From an uncultured Acidobacteriaceae bacterium (lineage in GTDB: Bacteria > Acidobacteriota > Terriglobia > Terriglobales > Acidobacteriaceae): DNA of 64,000 nucleotides. Each line of letters starts with the position of its first letter. Position 1 is the first letter of the stretch. The stretch covers positions 269,184-333,183 of the forward strand of contig CAWCZK010000005.1 of assembly GCA_963800025.1 (NCBI GenBank). Reading direction: 5' to 3'. The notes beneath the pieces are model-generated. The model was given only the letters and a program-made list of their open reading frames with translations, was not told where the DNA came from and did not search any database. The translations under genes were made by a program, and so were the position numbers. Of the stretch, positions 8,829 to 18,459 are shown piece by piece.

Positions 8829-11003
8829 CTATTGCACCCGCACCGTCGTGCTCGCCTCAACGTCGCTCGACGAATTGCCGACCATCACGCTTACCGGCTC
8901 CGCTTCCACGCGGAAGCCCGGCAGCTTCTGGTCCCACCACGCCAGTTGCGAGGCCTTCAGCGGAATCTCCACCGTCTTTGTCTCGTTGGGTTGAATCGTG
9001 ACGCGCTTGAACCCCTCCAACTCTTCTCGCGGCCGCTCCACCTTTGAGGCCAGATGCTTCACATACATCTGCACCACCGCGTCGCCCGCGCGGCTGCCCG
9101 TGTTCGTGACGTCCACGCTCACCGTAACGGTGCCATCCTTTGCCAAAGTCGGAGAGCTGGTTCGCATGTTCGAATATTTGAACGTCGTGTAGCTCAGGCC
9201 GTAGCCGAACGGAAACAGCGGCTCGCCCTTGAAGTACATGTACGTGTAGCCGTCGCGGATGTTGTAGTCCATGCTCGGCGGAAGCTGATCGGCCGACTTC
9301 GGCCACGTTCTCACCAGGTGGCCGCCAGGGTTGTACTCGCCGAACAGAACCTTGGCCAGCGCGGTTCCTTCATCCTGCGAAGCGTGGGCCATCGTCAGGA
9401 TCGCAGGAACATTCGCCGCGCTCCAGTTGATCGCGAAAGGAAAACTCGAAATCAGCAGCACGATAGTTTTCGGATTCTTGATCAGGACCTGTTTCGCAAT
9501 CTGCTCCTGCGCCAGGTCGATGCTCTCCCGGTCCCGGCCTTCGCGCCCGTCGCTTGGAACGGTGCAGGGAAGCGTGATGCCTCCGCCGTTACCTGGCGAG
9601 CTGTACCAGGCATGCGCCTCGTCACCGCAGGTTGGATCGTTGCCGATCACTACCACGGCCACATCGGATTCGCTCGCCGCCTTCATGGCATCGTCCTCGC
9701 CTGCCTGTGTGTCATAAGCGGCGTAGTTTACCTTCACATCCGGCCCCACCAGATCTTTGATCCCTTGCAACGGCGTCACTGCGTAGGGTGGCGTGCCACC
9801 ATACCAGTCCCAATGGACTGAATCGGCAAGCGGGCCGATCACCGCAATTGACTTGATCTTGCTCTTGTCGAGCGGCAGAATGTTGTTCTGGTTCTTCAGC
9901 AACACTACAGACTCGAGCGCCAACTGCTTCGAAACATCACGATCCTTGTCGGAGTTCCATGGCTCGGGCGAGTCTTTGACCTTCGAGTAGGGCACCATCT
10001 CCGGCGGGTCCAGCAATCCGAGCTTGATCGTGACGTCGAACTTCGGCTTCAGCAGCGCATCGATCTCCGCCTCCGTGATCTCTCCGTCCTTCAACGCCGC
10101 CTTCGTTTCGTCTTTATACCTGTCGAGGAACTGGTTGATCCCGGCCTTCAGACATGCCACCACCGCTGCCTTCTGGTTGGGATAAAGATGGCGCGGATCC
10201 ACCAGTAGCGTGACCGCTCCGCCGTCGCTCGAAATCACGTCGACGCCCCACTGGTCACGGACAATGCTCTTGAGAATCGGATTGACAGCCATCGGCGTGC
10301 CATTCCACGCGTTATACGACGCCATCACCCCCTTGGCGCCACCATCCAGGAAGCCCATCCGGAACGGCACAGAGTAGTACTCCCAGAACAGCCGCTCGTC
10401 GAAGTTCGAGGATGAGCTGTTCCGATTGTTCTCGTTTTCGTTTGCCAAAAAATGCTTCAGCAGCGCCGCGGCTTGCCAATATTTCGGATCGTCGCCCTGG
10501 AGTCCCTTGATAAAAGCCACGGCCATCGTCCCATTGAAGAACGGATCCTCGCCGTATACTTCCTCGCTGCGGCCCCATCGCGGATCGCGCCCCAAATCCG
10601 ACTGGGGCCCCCACAACATCAGGATCTGGCGATCGTACTTCGCCGTCTGTGTGATGAAGCGCGCCTCGTAACCTTCCACGCCTCCCGCCTCGCGCACCAG
10701 GTCCGGATCCCACGATGCGCCTATCCCCGGCGGCTGCGGAAACTGCGTCGTCGTGATCGGTTCCCTCGTACCCCGTTTCTCGCGCTGCACCACCCCATGG
10801 ATTCCTTCGGAGTTGCCGTAGCTCATCACGCCCAGCCGTGGCACACCCGTATTCGTGCCCAGACAATCGATCTTCTCGTCGATGGTCATCAGGGAGAGCA
10901 GATTGTCGATCCGCTTTTCCATGGGGAGCGATGGATCGTTGAATGGATAGGTTTGTTTTTGCGCCATCGCGACGGTGGAACAGCACGAGAATAGGCACAA
11001 CAC
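8829..11003 (-). CDS. Glycoside hydrolase family 3 (beta-glucosidase / beta-xylosidase-like), secreted
   Basis: ORF 8829..11003 (GTG start). It has GH3 N- and C-terminal domains plus an Fn3-like tail (TIDEKI, KHFLANE, VISSDGGAV, YGLSYTTF). The likely authentic ATG is at 11028, but it is out of frame by one base within an A4 run (see findings). Confidence 0.85.
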   Translation of the reverse strand: MLCLFSCCSTVAMAQKQTYPFNDPSLPMEKRIDNLLSLMTIDEKIDCLGTNTGVPRLGVMSYGNSEGIHGVVQREKRGTREPITTTQFPQPPGIGASWDPDLVREAGGVEGYEARFITQTAKYDRQILMLWGPQSDLGRDPRWGRSEEVYGEDPFFNGTMAVAFIKGLQGDDPKYWQAAALLKHFLANENENNRNSSSSNFDERLFWEYYSVPFRMGFLDGGAKGVMASYNAWNGTPMAVNPILKSIVRDQWGVDVISSDGGAVTLLVDPRHLYPNQKAAVVACLKAGINQFLDRYKDETKAALKDGEITEAEIDALLKPKFDVTIKLGLLDPPEMVPYSKVKDSPEPWNSDKDRDVSKQLALESVVLLKNQNNILPLDKSKIKSIAVIGPLADSVHWDWYGGTPPYAVTPLQGIKDLVGPDVKVNYAAYDTQAGEDDAMKAASESDVAVVVIGNDPTCGDEAHAWYSSPGNGGGITLPCTVPSDGREGRDRESIDLAQEQIAKQVLIKNPKTIVLLISSFPFAINWSAANVPAILTMAHASQDEGTALAKVLFGEYNPGGHLVRTWPKSADQLPPSMDYNIRDGYTYMYFKGEPLFPFGYGLSYTTFKYSNMRTSSPTLAKDGTVTVSVDVTNTGSRAGDAVVQMYVKHLASKVERPREELEGFKRVTIQPNETKTVEIPLKASQLAWWDQKLPGFRVEAEPVSVMVGNSSSDVEASTTVRVQ

Positions 11004-11099
11004 AGCCTGCGAGATGATTTGTTTTCATGAGAGGGTCCCTTGAGGTTCAATCGTTGAGGAATTCGAATTCAAAATCAGCGCCATTCTACGCCCCTCGGT

Positions 11100-11801
11100 C
11101 TACTTCTTGCTGCGCCACGTCTCGCTCACCAGCAGTCCGCATATCCGCGTGCGTCGCTCCGTCAGCACAAATCCGGCCTCGCACATTGCGGCATGATGGT
11201 TGGGCAGGCTGCGGATTTCGAGTCCGGTTAGAAACCCGAACGCCCAATAAAGCAGCCAGACCAGAGGGCGCGCGACAAGCCGGCCAAACAATCCCTCTGG
11301 AACCGCGAACTCCGACACGATCCACACGGCAGAAGGTGAGATAGCGCCCCGCAACCTCGCGGCCAGGTCGTAACACTCGTCTGTCGTCAGGCAGTCGAGG
11401 AAGAAGTGCGTGGCCACCAGATCGTACCGCGCGTGTTCAGGAATCCATTCGCGTACGTCGGCACAATGAGGAGTGACCCGGCGTCCGTTCAGTCCGGCCC
11501 TGTGAAGCAATGCATCGAGCATTGCTGGGCTAGCGTCCACGGCGTCGATTCGAACCTCAGAATTCACGCCGAGCAACTCCGCGGTAAAGCGTCCATCGCC
11601 GTCGCCGAGGACAAGCGCGTGGCCCGCCGACCCAAGCTGAGAAAGAAACGCCGTGCGGCACAGTGAAAGCAGCGGACCAAACGTCAGAAGCTCCATCCAG
11701 CGGTAGAGCTTCGCCAGACGATCGAAGTTTGGGGCCCGCCTCGCCAATGTGAATTCCGTGGATTCGAGTCCAACGAATTCCGAATTGGCCGTCGTATTCA
11801 T
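11100..11801 (-). CDS. Class I SAM-dependent methyltransferase
   Basis: ORF 11100..11801. It has motif I ALVLGDGDGRF and acidic motif II IDAVDASPAM. Its start overlaps the stop of the upstream membrane-protein gene (ATGA, 11798-11801). Confidence 0.7.
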   Translation of the reverse strand: MNTTANSEFVGLESTEFTLARRAPNFDRLAKLYRWMELLTFGPLLSLCRTAFLSQLGSAGHALVLGDGDGRFTAELLGVNSEVRIDAVDASPAMLDALLHRAGLNGRRVTPHCADVREWIPEHARYDLVATHFFLDCLTTDECYDLAARLRGAISPSAVWIVSEFAVPEGLFGRLVARPLVWLLYWAFGFLTGLEIRSLPNHHAAMCEAGFVLTERRTRICGLLVSETWRSKK

Positions 11802-12928
11802 CGTAGAAAAAGCACAAGCGGCGTCAGCAAAACCAAATCGGCGGCGGCGCGCAGAGCAAGCGGCGTCAGCCGCGTTCGCATGCGATCAAGCAACGCCAGC
11901 AGGAATGCACTCGCTGCGCCCGCCGTGAGCAGATCCGCCGAGCGCGGCTGCGAAAGGTCAGCAACCATCGCCAGCAGCAGCCCTGCAAATGCAACGAGCA
12001 GCGCTGCGAAGAGATTCGGCCCTTGCCCCATCAGTGACCCGAAGAACCACCGCTTAACCTGGTCGCCCCGTTCTTCGCTGTCCTCGCCGTTTGCTTCCCA
12101 CCTGGCGATCAAGCTGCAATTGAGCCACGCGAGCCCGGCGAAATAGACCGCCGGGATCCAGAACCACAAACTGGAATGTTCGAGCGGCCCCAAGGTGTGC
12201 TGGCGCGTCCACGCCGGCAAGATGCAGCCCGCTGTAAACACCGCCGCAACGAGCATCTCTTTGCTCAGAGGGCTTCGAAGCAAGTGCCGGCCTCGCTGCA
12301 CGCGGGGCGCCGCATGAACGCCCGAAAAGTAAACCAGCGCAGCAGCGGCCAGAATCATGCCTCGCTCGCGCACAATGATAGGCAGCAAAGTCACCGCCAT
12401 CACCCCCGCGGCGCACGCGGCGGCCACGGCCAGCGGCGCCAATAACCGCCGATGCCGCCAATGAAAGAAGTGGCGTTCGCGCAGTCCCGGCTGAATCGAT
12501 CCCGACGACGAATGGAGGCCCGTGCGCACGTCCAGCAGTCGATCGCAGACATAGGCACACCAAGCCGTCAGCGCCAGGACCATCAAGACTTGATCCCCAA
12601 GGCGAATCCCGACCGCCCATGCGATTGCCAGCGACCAGACCACGGCGACGGTAGGTGCGTCCAGGCTGGCCAAATGCCACAAGGCCACTGGACGCGGAGC
12701 ATCGACCAGCCGGATTGTGTTCGTGCGACGGTCTGAAGTCCGGGCATGAATCTTGTCCCGAACCGGCAACTGGGCGAAGGGAAGCGGCACTGCTTCAATT
12801 TTAGGAGGTTCGGCATCTCCAGCCTCACTGTGCCTCGCCCCGGGCCCGCCTCTCCGCAACCCCGCCCGTCCCGCTGGCTCACCCCTTATTCCGCTCGGCT
12901 GGCTCGGCACCGGGAAAACGAATGGCAA
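11798..12928 (-). CDS. Polytopic membrane protein of unknown function (weak UbiA-like Asp-rich motif); start uncertain
   Basis: ORF 11798..12928. It has about 8 hydrophobic segments and the motif AYVCDRLLDVRTG followed by RERHFFHWRHRR. The first ~90 codons are Arg/Pro/Gly-rich and may not be coding. Confidence 0.5.
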   Translation of the reverse strand: MPFVFPVPSQPSGIRGEPAGRAGLRRGGPGARHSEAGDAEPPKIEAVPLPFAQLPVRDKIHARTSDRRTNTIRLVDAPRPVALWHLASLDAPTVAVVWSLAIAWAVGIRLGDQVLMVLALTAWCAYVCDRLLDVRTGLHSSSGSIQPGLRERHFFHWRHRRLLAPLAVAAACAAGVMAVTLLPIIVRERGMILAAAALVYFSGVHAAPRVQRGRHLLRSPLSKEMLVAAVFTAGCILPAWTRQHTLGPLEHSSLWFWIPAVYFAGLAWLNCSLIARWEANGEDSEERGDQVKRWFFGSLMGQGPNLFAALLVAFAGLLLAMVADLSQPRSADLLTAGAASAFLLALLDRMRTRLTPLALRAAADLVLLTPLVLFLR

Positions 12929-13009
12929 AAAACCACGCGGTCCCTCCCCACCCGTCCCCTTACTAAAGTGTGGGTTAACTCAGCTTGATCCTGCGCGTTC
13001 AAGGCTAAG

Positions 13010-14482
13010 ATGATCGTTGAGGTTGGGTCTATGATCGAAACTATGAGCCGTGCGGCAATCAGTCGCGACTGGGTCGGGAGTTATGCCGCCGACAGGTTTC
13101 CCCTCATTCAATGGCTCGGTGGCTCGCAAGCAACCGGTGTCTTTCTCACCGAGTTGAGCGAGAATTCGCAAAAGGCCGTCATCAAATTAATCCCCGAAGA
13201 TGATCGGGATGCCGCCGCCCGCGCCGCCGCATGGGAGACTGCAGCCACCCTTTCCCACCCCAATCTAATGAAGGTCTATACGCACGGCCGCTGTGAAATT
13301 GACGGCGTTCCCTGCTTCTACGTCGTCACAGAATATGCCGACGAGGTTCTTGCGGAGATCCTTAAGGAGCGACCGCTCTCGCCTGAAGAGACTCGCGAAA
13401 TGCTCGGGCCGGCTCTGGCAGCGCTCGCTTATTTGCACGACAAGGGTCTCGTCCACGGTCGCCTCAACCCCTCGAACATCATGGCCGCCGGCGACAGCCT
13501 CAAGCTCACCACTTACGGCGTTTGTCCCGTGGGCGCGGCCGTCATATCCAGGCCAAGCCGAACCGTCTGCGATGCTCCAGAGACCGAAAACGGGTTGATT
13601 GTTCCTGCCTCGGATATTTGGTCTCTCGGTGCCACTCTTGTCGAAGTCCTCACCAAGTACCCGCCGGTTTGGAATCGCGCCAAAGCCGCCGACCCAACGG
13701 TGCCCCAGTCGATGCCCGAGCCGTTCGCGACCTTCGCGCGGAAATGCCTGCGTTCCGATCCTGCCCGTCGCATCACCATCAGCGAAATCACCGCGCGTCT
13801 TGATCCGTCAAAAGCGTCTCCGGAGCCGGAAACAAAGGAGGCCGTGGCACCGCATGCGAAACGCCGCGTCGCTGTGCTGCTTGCTGTCGCAGCTGTGCTG
13901 CTGGTCGCGATCGCAATCTGGAAAATCCTCTCGCATCGTGACCAGTCAACATCGCCGGCTCCGCAAGCCCAAACCACCCCTGCTGCCACTCCGGCTCAAA
14001 CTCCGGCTGAAACCTCGGCACAAGCTCCTGAGCAAACTCCAGCGCCGTCATCGGCGCCGGCCGTAAACTCAACTCCTCCTCAGGCTCCAGCGCCCGTCAC
14101 CGCATCTGTCCCGGCGGCCGCGCCGCCGCCGCAAGAAGCCCAGCCTAAAGTCGACCAGACTTCCGAGCCCAGCGCCACAACCGTCAACCCCGCAATCGTG
14201 AATCAGATTCTTCCCGACATTGTGCCTAGCGCAATGAAGACGATCAACGGAACTCTCAGAGTCACGGTGCAGATCGAGGTTGATGCCATTGGCGCCGTCT
14301 CCGCTGCCGCGCTCCTATCGCCCGGGCCGAGCAAGTATTTCGCCGGCAAATCGCTCGAGGCTGCCCGCCGCTGGAAGTTCAAGCCGCAGGCTGATGGCCA
14401 GGCCGGCCCAAGCACTTGGACGCTGGAGTTTCAATACAAGCAGAACGGAATTCACGTCGTCGCTCAGCAAGCCGCGCCATAG
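13010..14482 (+). CDS. Ser/Thr kinase-like domain (predicted pseudokinase), then a TM helix, a Pro/Ala/Thr/Gln-rich linker and a TonB C-terminal-like domain
   Basis: ORF 13010..14482. Kinase subdomains are recognisable: AVIKLI, WETAATLSHPNLM, DAPE, DIWSLGATLVEVL. The catalytic loop reads HGRLNPSN (canonical HRDLKPxN) and the DFG position reads TYG. The TM helix is VAVLLAVAAVLLVAIAIW, followed by a ~100-aa P/A/T/Q linker. The C-terminus is INGTLRVTVQIEVDAIGAVSAA...AARRWKFKP. The start could instead be ATG 13031, which lies 9 nt after GAGG. Confidence 0.7.
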   Translation: MIVEVGSMIETMSRAAISRDWVGSYAADRFPLIQWLGGSQATGVFLTELSENSQKAVIKLIPEDDRDAAARAAAWETAATLSHPNLMKVYTHGRCEIDGVPCFYVVTEYADEVLAEILKERPLSPEETREMLGPALAALAYLHDKGLVHGRLNPSNIMAAGDSLKLTTYGVCPVGAAVISRPSRTVCDAPETENGLIVPASDIWSLGATLVEVLTKYPPVWNRAKAADPTVPQSMPEPFATFARKCLRSDPARRITISEITARLDPSKASPEPETKEAVAPHAKRRVAVLLAVAAVLLVAIAIWKILSHRDQSTSPAPQAQTTPAATPAQTPAETSAQAPEQTPAPSSAPAVNSTPPQAPAPVTASVPAAAPPPQEAQPKVDQTSEPSATTVNPAIVNQILPDIVPSAMKTINGTLRVTVQIEVDAIGAVSAAALLSPGPSKYFAGKSLEAARRWKFKPQADGQAGPSTWTLEFQYKQNGIHVVAQQAAP

Positions 14483-14490
14483 CTGGAGGT

Positions 14491-16638
14491 TCAGTCGGCC
14501 GCCGCGTCACTCTTCTCAGCAGCTTTTACGCGAGGCTTCGCATCGGCCGCGGGAAGCGCGTCCAAGTCCGTCTTTCCTTCCGCCAGTTGCATCAGGAATT
14601 CCTGCGCTGAGAAGGGCTGAACGTCCTTCATCAGCTTGCTGGCTCGCATGTAATTACCGTCGGACTGCTGGAGGCGGGCTTTTACGGTGTCAGCCATGTA
14701 GGCCGGCAGAATCTCGTCGTGTATGCGCGCCAGCGCCACAGGATCGCGGACCGGAAACACCACCTCGCAGCGCTCGAACAAATTCCGCGGCATCCAATCG
14801 GCGGAGCCGATGTAGATCTCGTCGCTGCCGCCGTTGGCAAAGTGATAAATGCGTGAGTGCTCCAGGAATCGCCCGACGATCGATCGCACCCGAATCCTCT
14901 CTGACAGGCCTTTCACTCCGGGCCGAAGAATGCACAGCCCGCGGATGATCAAATCGATCTCCACTCCAGCTTGGGACGCCTGGTAAAGCGCCTGGATAAT
15001 CGAGGGTTCGAGCAGCGCGTTCATCTTGGCCACGATGTGCGCCGGCCGCCCCGCCTGCGCGTGCTCCTGCTCGCGCCGGATGAGGCGCAGGAAACTCTCC
15101 GCCATGGTCAGCGGCGCCACGAGCAGCGGACTGTAATCGTCGACCTCGGCGTGAGCCGTCAGGTAGTTGAACACCATATGAACCCGCTCGGCAATCTGCG
15201 GATCGCTCGTCAGCAGGCTCAGGTCGGTATAGAAGCGCGCCGTGTCGGGGTTGTAGTTGCCCGTCCCGAGGTGGCAATAGCGGCGAGTCACTCCGTCCTC
15301 GTCGTGCCGCACCAGCATGGCCAGCTTGCAGTGCGTCTTCAGGCCCACAACGCCGTGAAAGACCTGCACGCCCGCGTCTTCCATGCTGCGCGCCCAGCGG
15401 ATGTTCGAGGCCTCGTCAAACCGCGCCATCAGCTCCACAACCACTGTTGCTTCCTTGCTGGCGCCGGCTTCGGTCAGCGCCCGGAACATGGGCGAGTCGT
15501 GGCTGGTGCGGTAAAGCGTCTGCTTCATCGTCACCACGGCGGGGTCCTGCGCGCCCTGCTGGATGAAGTCGACCACGGGATCGTAAGCATCGTAAGGATG
15601 ATGCAGCAGAATATCGTGATGGCGCAGCTCGTCGAAGATCCCCGTCGATTTGCGGCTCAGCAGCAGCGGCTTCGGAGTGAACGGTTGAAACTTCAGGTCG
15701 GCCCGTTGCACATCGCCGTAAAAGAACATCAGGCGCGAAAGATTCACCGGGCCCTCGCAGCGAAATACCTGGTCCTCTTCCAGCTCAAAGTTCACCCGCA
15801 GCCGCTCCACGATCTCTGAATCGGCGTCGCTCTCAATCTCCAGCCGAACCGCGTCCCCCTTGCGCCGGTTGTGCAGTTCTACGCGGATCGTTTCCAGCAG
15901 CGATCGCGCTTCTTCTTCCTCAAAGTAGAGGTTCGAGTTGCGGGTCACGCGGAATGCCGCCGATGCCAGCACTTCGTAGCCGCGATACATGCCACCGAGA
16001 TGCTGCTCAATCAGGTCCTGCAACAGCAGATAGTCGTGGTGGTTATGGTCGCAGGGCAGCCGGACAAAGCGCGGCAGCGCGCGCGGCACCGTCACCACTC
16101 CCAGTACCTGCGGCCCTGAACTGCGCCGTTTGGCGCGCAGCAGCAATGCCAGGCACAGCGCCTTGTTCAGCACGCGCGGAAACGGGTGAGCCGGGTCGAT
16201 CGAGATCGGCGTCAGCAATGGATCGACTTCGCGTTGGAAATATCCTCGCGCGAATTCACGGGCGTGCTCGCTCAGCTCGTCCCATGCCAGCAGCCGGATC
16301 CCGTGTTTGCGCAACTCCGGAAACAGTTGCTTGTTCCAGCAGTGGTATTGTGCTGCTACAAAGCCGTGAATCTCTGCGGTCAGAACGTCAAGCGACTCGT
16401 CGGGCCGCAGGCCATCGTAGCCGGGTTCGCGGTATCCGTCTTCAATGCGCTGCATCAGGCCGGCTTGGCGAACCTCGACATATTCGTCCAGATTCGACCC
16501 CGTGATGGCGAGGAACTTCACGCGCTCCAGCAACGGGTTGGCAGCGTCTTCGGCCTCCTCCAAAACGCGCCGATTGAACTGCATCCAGGAGTGGTCGCGC
16601 CCGTTGAAGAGCTTGATTTTTTTCGTGTTTCTGGCCAT
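14491..16638 (-). CDS. ppk1: Polyphosphate kinase 1
   Basis: ORF 14491..16800, trimmed to ATG 16638 (MARNTKKIKLFNGRDHSWMQFNRRVLEEAED, a typical PPK1 N-terminus). The protein is full length at about 715 aa with both PLD-like C-terminal domains (KTHCKLAMLV, GSADWMPRNL). Confidence 0.9.
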   Translation of the reverse strand: MARNTKKIKLFNGRDHSWMQFNRRVLEEAEDAANPLLERVKFLAITGSNLDEYVEVRQAGLMQRIEDGYREPGYDGLRPDESLDVLTAEIHGFVAAQYHCWNKQLFPELRKHGIRLLAWDELSEHAREFARGYFQREVDPLLTPISIDPAHPFPRVLNKALCLALLLRAKRRSSGPQVLGVVTVPRALPRFVRLPCDHNHHDYLLLQDLIEQHLGGMYRGYEVLASAAFRVTRNSNLYFEEEEARSLLETIRVELHNRRKGDAVRLEIESDADSEIVERLRVNFELEEDQVFRCEGPVNLSRLMFFYGDVQRADLKFQPFTPKPLLLSRKSTGIFDELRHHDILLHHPYDAYDPVVDFIQQGAQDPAVVTMKQTLYRTSHDSPMFRALTEAGASKEATVVVELMARFDEASNIRWARSMEDAGVQVFHGVVGLKTHCKLAMLVRHDEDGVTRRYCHLGTGNYNPDTARFYTDLSLLTSDPQIAERVHMVFNYLTAHAEVDDYSPLLVAPLTMAESFLRLIRREQEHAQAGRPAHIVAKMNALLEPSIIQALYQASQAGVEIDLIIRGLCILRPGVKGLSERIRVRSIVGRFLEHSRIYHFANGGSDEIYIGSADWMPRNLFERCEVVFPVRDPVALARIHDEILPAYMADTVKARLQQSDGNYMRASKLMKDVQPFSAQEFLMQLAEGKTDLDALPAADAKPRVKAAEKSDAAAD

Positions 16639-17022
16639 TTTCCGGTCCAATCCGCTGTGTTGGCAGTCTAACGCGTTCCGCTGGCGTGCGGCACCCAAAC
16701 CGGGCTGAGCTGCGTGCCACATTGCCATAACGGGCTTAGTCCCATCGATTCCGAAGACGGAAACGCTCCGGAGGCCCAAGCGCCCCACAAAGCCATCCAT
16801 ACAGGACCGAGCCCCTCTGCGGCGTTAAACAGAGAAGAAAACCGCTGGAGGAGGCGGCTCTGCTCCGCACGCCAAACCGGCCCACCGTTCGCAAACGGCC
16901 GCCGTGAGGGCCCTGTTCGATACACTAGATTTAAGAACCGTGTTGTCCTTCAGGCGCATCCATTTGTTGTAGGATTGCCATTTTCGGGCACCGACATTCG
17001 CCGTTCATACGCAAGGTCCAAA

Positions 17023-18459
17023 TTGCCAGGGAAATCCATCAAAACCCCGATTCGTTTCAGTGCCGCAGCCTTTGGTTTGGGCGCTTGTCTTGCAGCCCCG
17101 GTTGCAATCGCACAGTCGTCGGTTGTTCCGCCGCCCACACTGCCCTCGCCGCCAACGGCGACGGACTTCCAGGGCAGCGTCCCCAAGGGTGAGCCGTCGA
17201 GCCAGACCATCGATCTTTCGCTCGACGACGCCATCCAGCGCGGCCTCGAGACAAATCTGGGAATGATTCTGAGTGGGACGCAGACGGCGGGAGCTCGCGC
17301 CGCGCGTTTGAGCCAATTGCAATCGCTGCTTCCTGGCATTGACTTCAGCGCCAAGGAAGCGGCCATGCAAACCGATCTGCCGGCCGAAGGGTTGCGCATC
17401 CCGGGCTTCCCAAAGATTATCGGGCCGTTTGGCTACACTGACGTTCGCGCTTCGCTCAGCTGGTCCGTGGTCGACCTCCAGTCGCTGCACAACTATCTCG
17501 CCGCCCGGCACAACTTTGCCGCTGCGCAGTTATCGGCCCAGGACGCGCGCGATATGGTTGTGCTGACCGTCGGCAATGCTTACCTGTTGGTCCTGGCTGA
17601 TCAGACCAACGTCAGCAGCGTTCAGGCGCAGGTTTCAACCGCAAAGGTTTCGCTCGATCAGGCCGTCGATAATCATCAGGCCGGCACGGCGCCCTTGCTC
17701 GATGAGCTGCGCGCCCGCGTCGATTACCAGTCTCTCGAACAGCAGTTGATCGCCGCACAGGATTCGCTCGAAAAGGATAAGCTCGCCCTCGCGCGCACCA
17801 TCGGTCTTCCCCTGGCGCAGAGCTTCAATCTGACCGACACAGCGCCCTACGCGCCGTTCGATCAGCTCGATGCCAACGCGCTCATCCAGCAGGCGAAGAC
17901 AAATCGCAAGGACCTTGCCGCGCTGGTCGAAGAAACCGCAGCCGCGACTGACCAGCGCAAAGCCGCGACCGCCGCGCGTTTTCCCGTCGTCGCCGCCGCC
18001 GCCGACTATGGCGACATCGGCACCACGCTGGCTCACTCGCACGGCACTGTGGATGCGACAGGCTCATTGAGCGTGCCCATATTTGACGAATTTGCCTTGC
18101 GCGGCCAGGCCCAGCAGGCACAAGCTCAACTCGATACGGCAAAGGCCCAGTTGAATGACAAGAACGCCCAGGTTGAAGCCGACGTTCGCGATGCGCTTCT
18201 TGACATCGCATCGGCGCAGCAGCAGGTTGAAGTCGCGCGGTCCAGCAGAGACTTGGCCGCTGAGGCTCTCAAGGAAGCGCAGGAGCGCTACGCCAACGGC
18301 GTCAGCGATAACCTTGCCGTAAGCCAGGCGCAGCAATCCGTGGCGCAGGCCGATAGTCAATATGTGGTCAGCCTCTACCGCGATAATGTTGCCAAGCTCA
18401 GCCTTGCCCGCGCGCTCGGAGACGGCCAGAATTACCAGAAGTATTTAGGAGGGAAGTGA
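17023..18459 (+). CDS. TolC-family outer membrane efflux protein
   Basis: ORF 16714..18459, trimmed to in-frame TTG 17023 (6 nt after AAGG). This gives the signal peptide MPGKSIKTPIRFSAAAFGLGACLAAPVAIAQS. The protein has a two-repeat OEP architecture with long coiled-coil segments. Confidence 0.8.
   Translation: MPGKSIKTPIRFSAAAFGLGACLAAPVAIAQSSVVPPPTLPSPPTATDFQGSVPKGEPSSQTIDLSLDDAIQRGLETNLGMILSGTQTAGARAARLSQLQSLLPGIDFSAKEAAMQTDLPAEGLRIPGFPKIIGPFGYTDVRASLSWSVVDLQSLHNYLAARHNFAAAQLSAQDARDMVVLTVGNAYLLVLADQTNVSSVQAQVSTAKVSLDQAVDNHQAGTAPLLDELRARVDYQSLEQQLIAAQDSLEKDKLALARTIGLPLAQSFNLTDTAPYAPFDQLDANALIQQAKTNRKDLAALVEETAAATDQRKAATAARFPVVAAAADYGDIGTTLAHSHGTVDATGSLSVPIFDEFALRGQAQQAQAQLDTAKAQLNDKNAQVEADVRDALLDIASAQQQVEVARSSRDLAAEALKEAQERYANGVSDNLAVSQAQQSVAQADSQYVVSLYRDNVAKLSLARALGDGQNYQKYLGGK

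Noticed and set aside
16700-16735. Sigma-54-like promoter on the minus strand (GGCACG-N-...GC) upstream of ppk1
   Set aside because: The GG-to-GC spacing is off by one and the -12 element reads TCAGC rather than TTGC. This is not convincing.
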